From assembly GCA_965205265.1 (NCBI GenBank), contig CBDBGH010000003.1, forward strand, positions 1,760,001 through 1,824,000: a DNA stretch of 64,000 nt, written 5' to 3'. This DNA comes from Alphaproteobacteria bacterium (lineage in GTDB: Bacteria; Pseudomonadota; Alphaproteobacteria; Bin95). A model generated the notes under the pieces. The model was not told where the DNA came from and made no database searches. It was given only the letters and a program-made list of their open reading frames with translations. The translations under genes and the position numbers were made by a program. Position 1 is the stretch's first letter. The number at the start of each line of letters is the position of its first letter. This document shows, one piece after another, positions 61,790 to 64,000 of the stretch.

Positions 61790-63100
61790 CTACAGCGGCA
61801 GCGCCACCCGCGCCCGCAGGCCGCCGCCGGGGCGGTCTTCCAGTGCGATCTCGCCGCCGTGGCGCTGGACGATGGCGCGGACCACGGCGAGGCCGAGGCC
61901 GCTGCCGCCCGTGTCGCGGCTCCGCGACGCCTCCACGCGGAAGAAGGGGTCGAACACCCGCTCCCGCAGCGCCTCGGGGATGCCGGGCCCGCGGTCCTCG
62001 ATCCGCACTTCGGCCCGCCCGTCCGCCTGCCGCAGCGAGACGGCCGCCTCTCCGCCGTAGCGGAGCGCGTTGTCCAGCAGGTTCTGGAAGACGCGGCGCA
62101 GCGCAACCGGCCGGCCCCTGAGCGTCAGGCGGTCCGGGCCGTCATAGGAGGCCGCGCGCCCCGCATCGGCGAGGTCGGCCGCAAGGCTTTGCAGCATGGC
62201 CGCCAGATCGACGGCCACCGGGCGCTCGTCCGCCGCATCGTCGCGCGCGAAGGACAGCGTCGCCTCCAGCATGGCCTGCATCTCGTCGAGATCGGCCGCG
62301 GCCTTCTCCTTCTGCTCGCCGTCCTCGATGAATTCGGCCCGGAGGCGCAGGCGCGTCAGCATGGTCTTGAGGTCGTGCGAGACCGCCGCCAGCATCAATG
62401 TGCGGTCATCCACGAGGCGGCGGATGCGCGCGGTCATGCGGTTGAAGGCGCGTGTGGCGTTTCTGAGTTCGCGCGGGCCCCGCTCCGGCAGGGGCGGCGG
62501 GTTCGCATCCAGTCCCAGCCGGTCGGCGGCTTCCGCGAAGCGGCGCAGCGGGCGCGTCATGCGGTGCGCGCCCCAGACCAGCGCCCCGACCACAAGCAGC
62601 GCCGTCAACCCCAGCCAGATCAACGCCCCGGCGAGCCGCCAATAGGGAGGCCGGATAACGAATTCGGCCCATGCGCCGTCCTTCAGCCCGACCGCCACTG
62701 CAATGCGGGGCCCGTGGCGATGGTCGTCGCCGAAACGCACGAGAACCGGCCGCGGCCGGAGGCGCAGCAGGTGGTGGGCGGCGTCATGCTCCACAACTGT
62801 CGGCGGCAGCCATCCCGGCCCCTGCGGCGGCCCGGCCAGCAGCCGGACCGCCATGCGCCGGTCGGACAGCGCCGCCTGCAGGCGGGACCGCCCTTCCGGC
62901 GGGGCGCTCTCCAGAACGTCCACCATCGCGACCATGCGGACCGACAGCGCCCCCGCAAAATGCTCGACAGCGCGGTCGCGCCGCTCGTCCAGGTAAAACA
63001 GCGCCGCGACGATGCCGAAAACCGCCAGCCCGGCGAGCAGCAGCAGGCCCAGCCGGGCGGCGATGCCCTCCGGCCAAAGGCGGCGGAGCCAGCGGGTCAT
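61790..63100 (-). CDS. Sensor histidine kinase (HAMP-HisKA-HATPase, EnvZ/CpxA-like)
   Basis: Two TM segments, TRPLRRFAEAA, AVSHDLKT, NLLDNALRYG, DRGPGIP, GGSGLGL. Confidence 0.95.
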   Translation of the reverse strand: MTRWLRRLWPEGIAARLGLLLLAGLAVFGIVAALFYLDERRDRAVEHFAGALSVRMVAMVDVLESAPPEGRSRLQAALSDRRMAVRLLAGPPQGPGWLPPTVVEHDAAHHLLRLRPRPVLVRFGDDHRHGPRIAVAVGLKDGAWAEFVIRPPYWRLAGALIWLGLTALLVVGALVWGAHRMTRPLRRFAEAADRLGLDANPPPLPERGPRELRNATRAFNRMTARIRRLVDDRTLMLAAVSHDLKTMLTRLRLRAEFIEDGEQKEKAAADLDEMQAMLEATLSFARDDAADERPVAVDLAAMLQSLAADLADAGRAASYDGPDRLTLRGRPVALRRVFQNLLDNALRYGGEAAVSLRQADGRAEVRIEDRGPGIPEALRERVFDPFFRVEASRSRDTGGSGLGLAVVRAIVQRHGGEIALEDRPGGGLRARVALPL

Positions 63101-63819
63101 CGGCGCTCCTGCACTTTGCCTGCAAAGACGTAGCCGCCGCCGCGCACGGTCTTGATGAGCTCCGGCTGCTTCGGGTCGTCCTCGATCTTGCGGCGCAGGC
63201 GGCTCACCTGGACATCGACGCTGCGGTCGAACGGCCCGGCCTCGCGCCCGCGCGTCAGGTCCAGAAGCCGGTCCCGGTTCAGCACCCGGCCCGGATGCGC
63301 CGCCAGCGCCAGCAGCAGGTCGAACTCGCCGGCCGTCAGGTCCACCAGCGCGCCGTCCGGCGCGTGCAGGCTGCGCCGCCCGGCATCCAGCACCCAGCCC
63401 TGGAATTCGAAGCTCCGGGACGGGTCGGCCGCCGGCCGCCCCCGCATGTCCGGCGCGCGGCGCAGCACAGCGCGGATGCGGGCCAGCAGCTCGCGCGGGT
63501 TGAACGGCTTGGCGAGATAGTCGTCGGCGCCCATCTCCAGCCCGACGATCCGGTCCGTGTCCTCGCCGATGGCGGTCAGCATGACGATCGGCAGGTCGGA
63601 CTCCGCGCGCACCCGCCGGCAGAGGCTGAGGCCGTCCTCGCCCGGCAGCATCAGGTCCAGCACCGCGAGGTCGAAACGTCCTGCCGACAAGGCGTGGAAC
63701 ATCGCCTTGCCGTCGGCGGCGGTCTCCACCCGGAAGCCGTGCTTGCGCAGGAAGCGCGCGAGCAGGTCGCGGATTTCGCGGTCGTCATCGACGACGAGGA
63801 TATGCGGCCCGTCCTTCAT
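63097..63819 (-). CDS. OmpR-family response regulator
   Basis: ILVVDDD, LDLMLPGEDG, GADDYLAKPFNPREL, DRSVDVQVSRLR, TVRGGGY. Confidence 0.96.
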   Translation of the reverse strand: MKDGPHILVVDDDREIRDLLARFLRKHGFRVETAADGKAMFHALSAGRFDLAVLDLMLPGEDGLSLCRRVRAESDLPIVMLTAIGEDTDRIVGLEMGADDYLAKPFNPRELLARIRAVLRRAPDMRGRPAADPSRSFEFQGWVLDAGRRSLHAPDGALVDLTAGEFDLLLALAAHPGRVLNRDRLLDLTRGREAGPFDRSVDVQVSRLRRKIEDDPKQPELIKTVRGGGYVFAGKVQERR

Positions 63820-63864
63820 CGCCCGCAGTTTAGGGGCCGGGAGCGTTCCCCCGGAGGTTTTGTT

Positions 63865-63907
63865 GTAACGAAGCGTAACGGAGCGCCCGCCAGCAACGAA
63901 GCGTTGC
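63865..63907. promoter_or_regulatory. Tandem GTAAC boxes, likely OmpR/CpxR-type binding sites
   Basis: GTAAC-GAAGC-GTAAC (10-bp period) and GCAAC-GAAGC-GTTGC in the divergent promoter region; RBS-like AAGGAG at the window end suggests a divergent gene. Confidence 0.55.
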
Positions 63908-64000
63908 CGAATGGCGGCAGGCGGGACACGGCCCCGTTACACGGGAGACCCATACAGGATGCGATCCGGCCGCGGCGGCCGGCAGAACCGAAGGAGACGG

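Overview
GC-rich alphaproteobacterial chromosomal segment (Rhodospirillales-like gene order). The housekeeping backbone includes glyQ (partial), gpmA, an EF-G-like paralogue, DUF4167-clpB, tsaE-amgK-murU-addB-addA-trxA, aroA-cmk-rpsA-sppA-ihfB-lapA-trpFBA-accD-folC and tRNA-Ala(GGC). It is interspersed with catabolic genes (LLM oxidoreductases, FAH proteins, hydantoinase A/B, an HmfE-like crotonase, otnK/otnC, a dimethylglycine dehydrogenase-like protein and a gentisate-type dioxygenase) and small accessory insertions. The most striking structure is a pair of 1,916-bp IS1634-family elements (20677-22592 and 23500-25415) in inverted orientation 907 bp apart. Each is flanked by its own very long target duplication (71 bp and 203 bp), and all four cut points share a WWG^AS motif. 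One insertion splits otnK; the other leaves both neighbouring genes intact. Also present: an RqlH/RqlI-like RecQ-PRTase + DprA pair (helicase frameshifted, DprA with a duplicated C-terminal winged helix), two VapBC-type TA modules, two self-contained Uma2 nuclease cassettes with the same promoter layout, two orphan IS630-derived HTH genes lacking any DDE domain, two small TM/coiled-coil genes and REP-like repeats. No CRISPR array, rRNA, integrase or prophage was seen. All calls come from motif recognition by eye; no searches were run.
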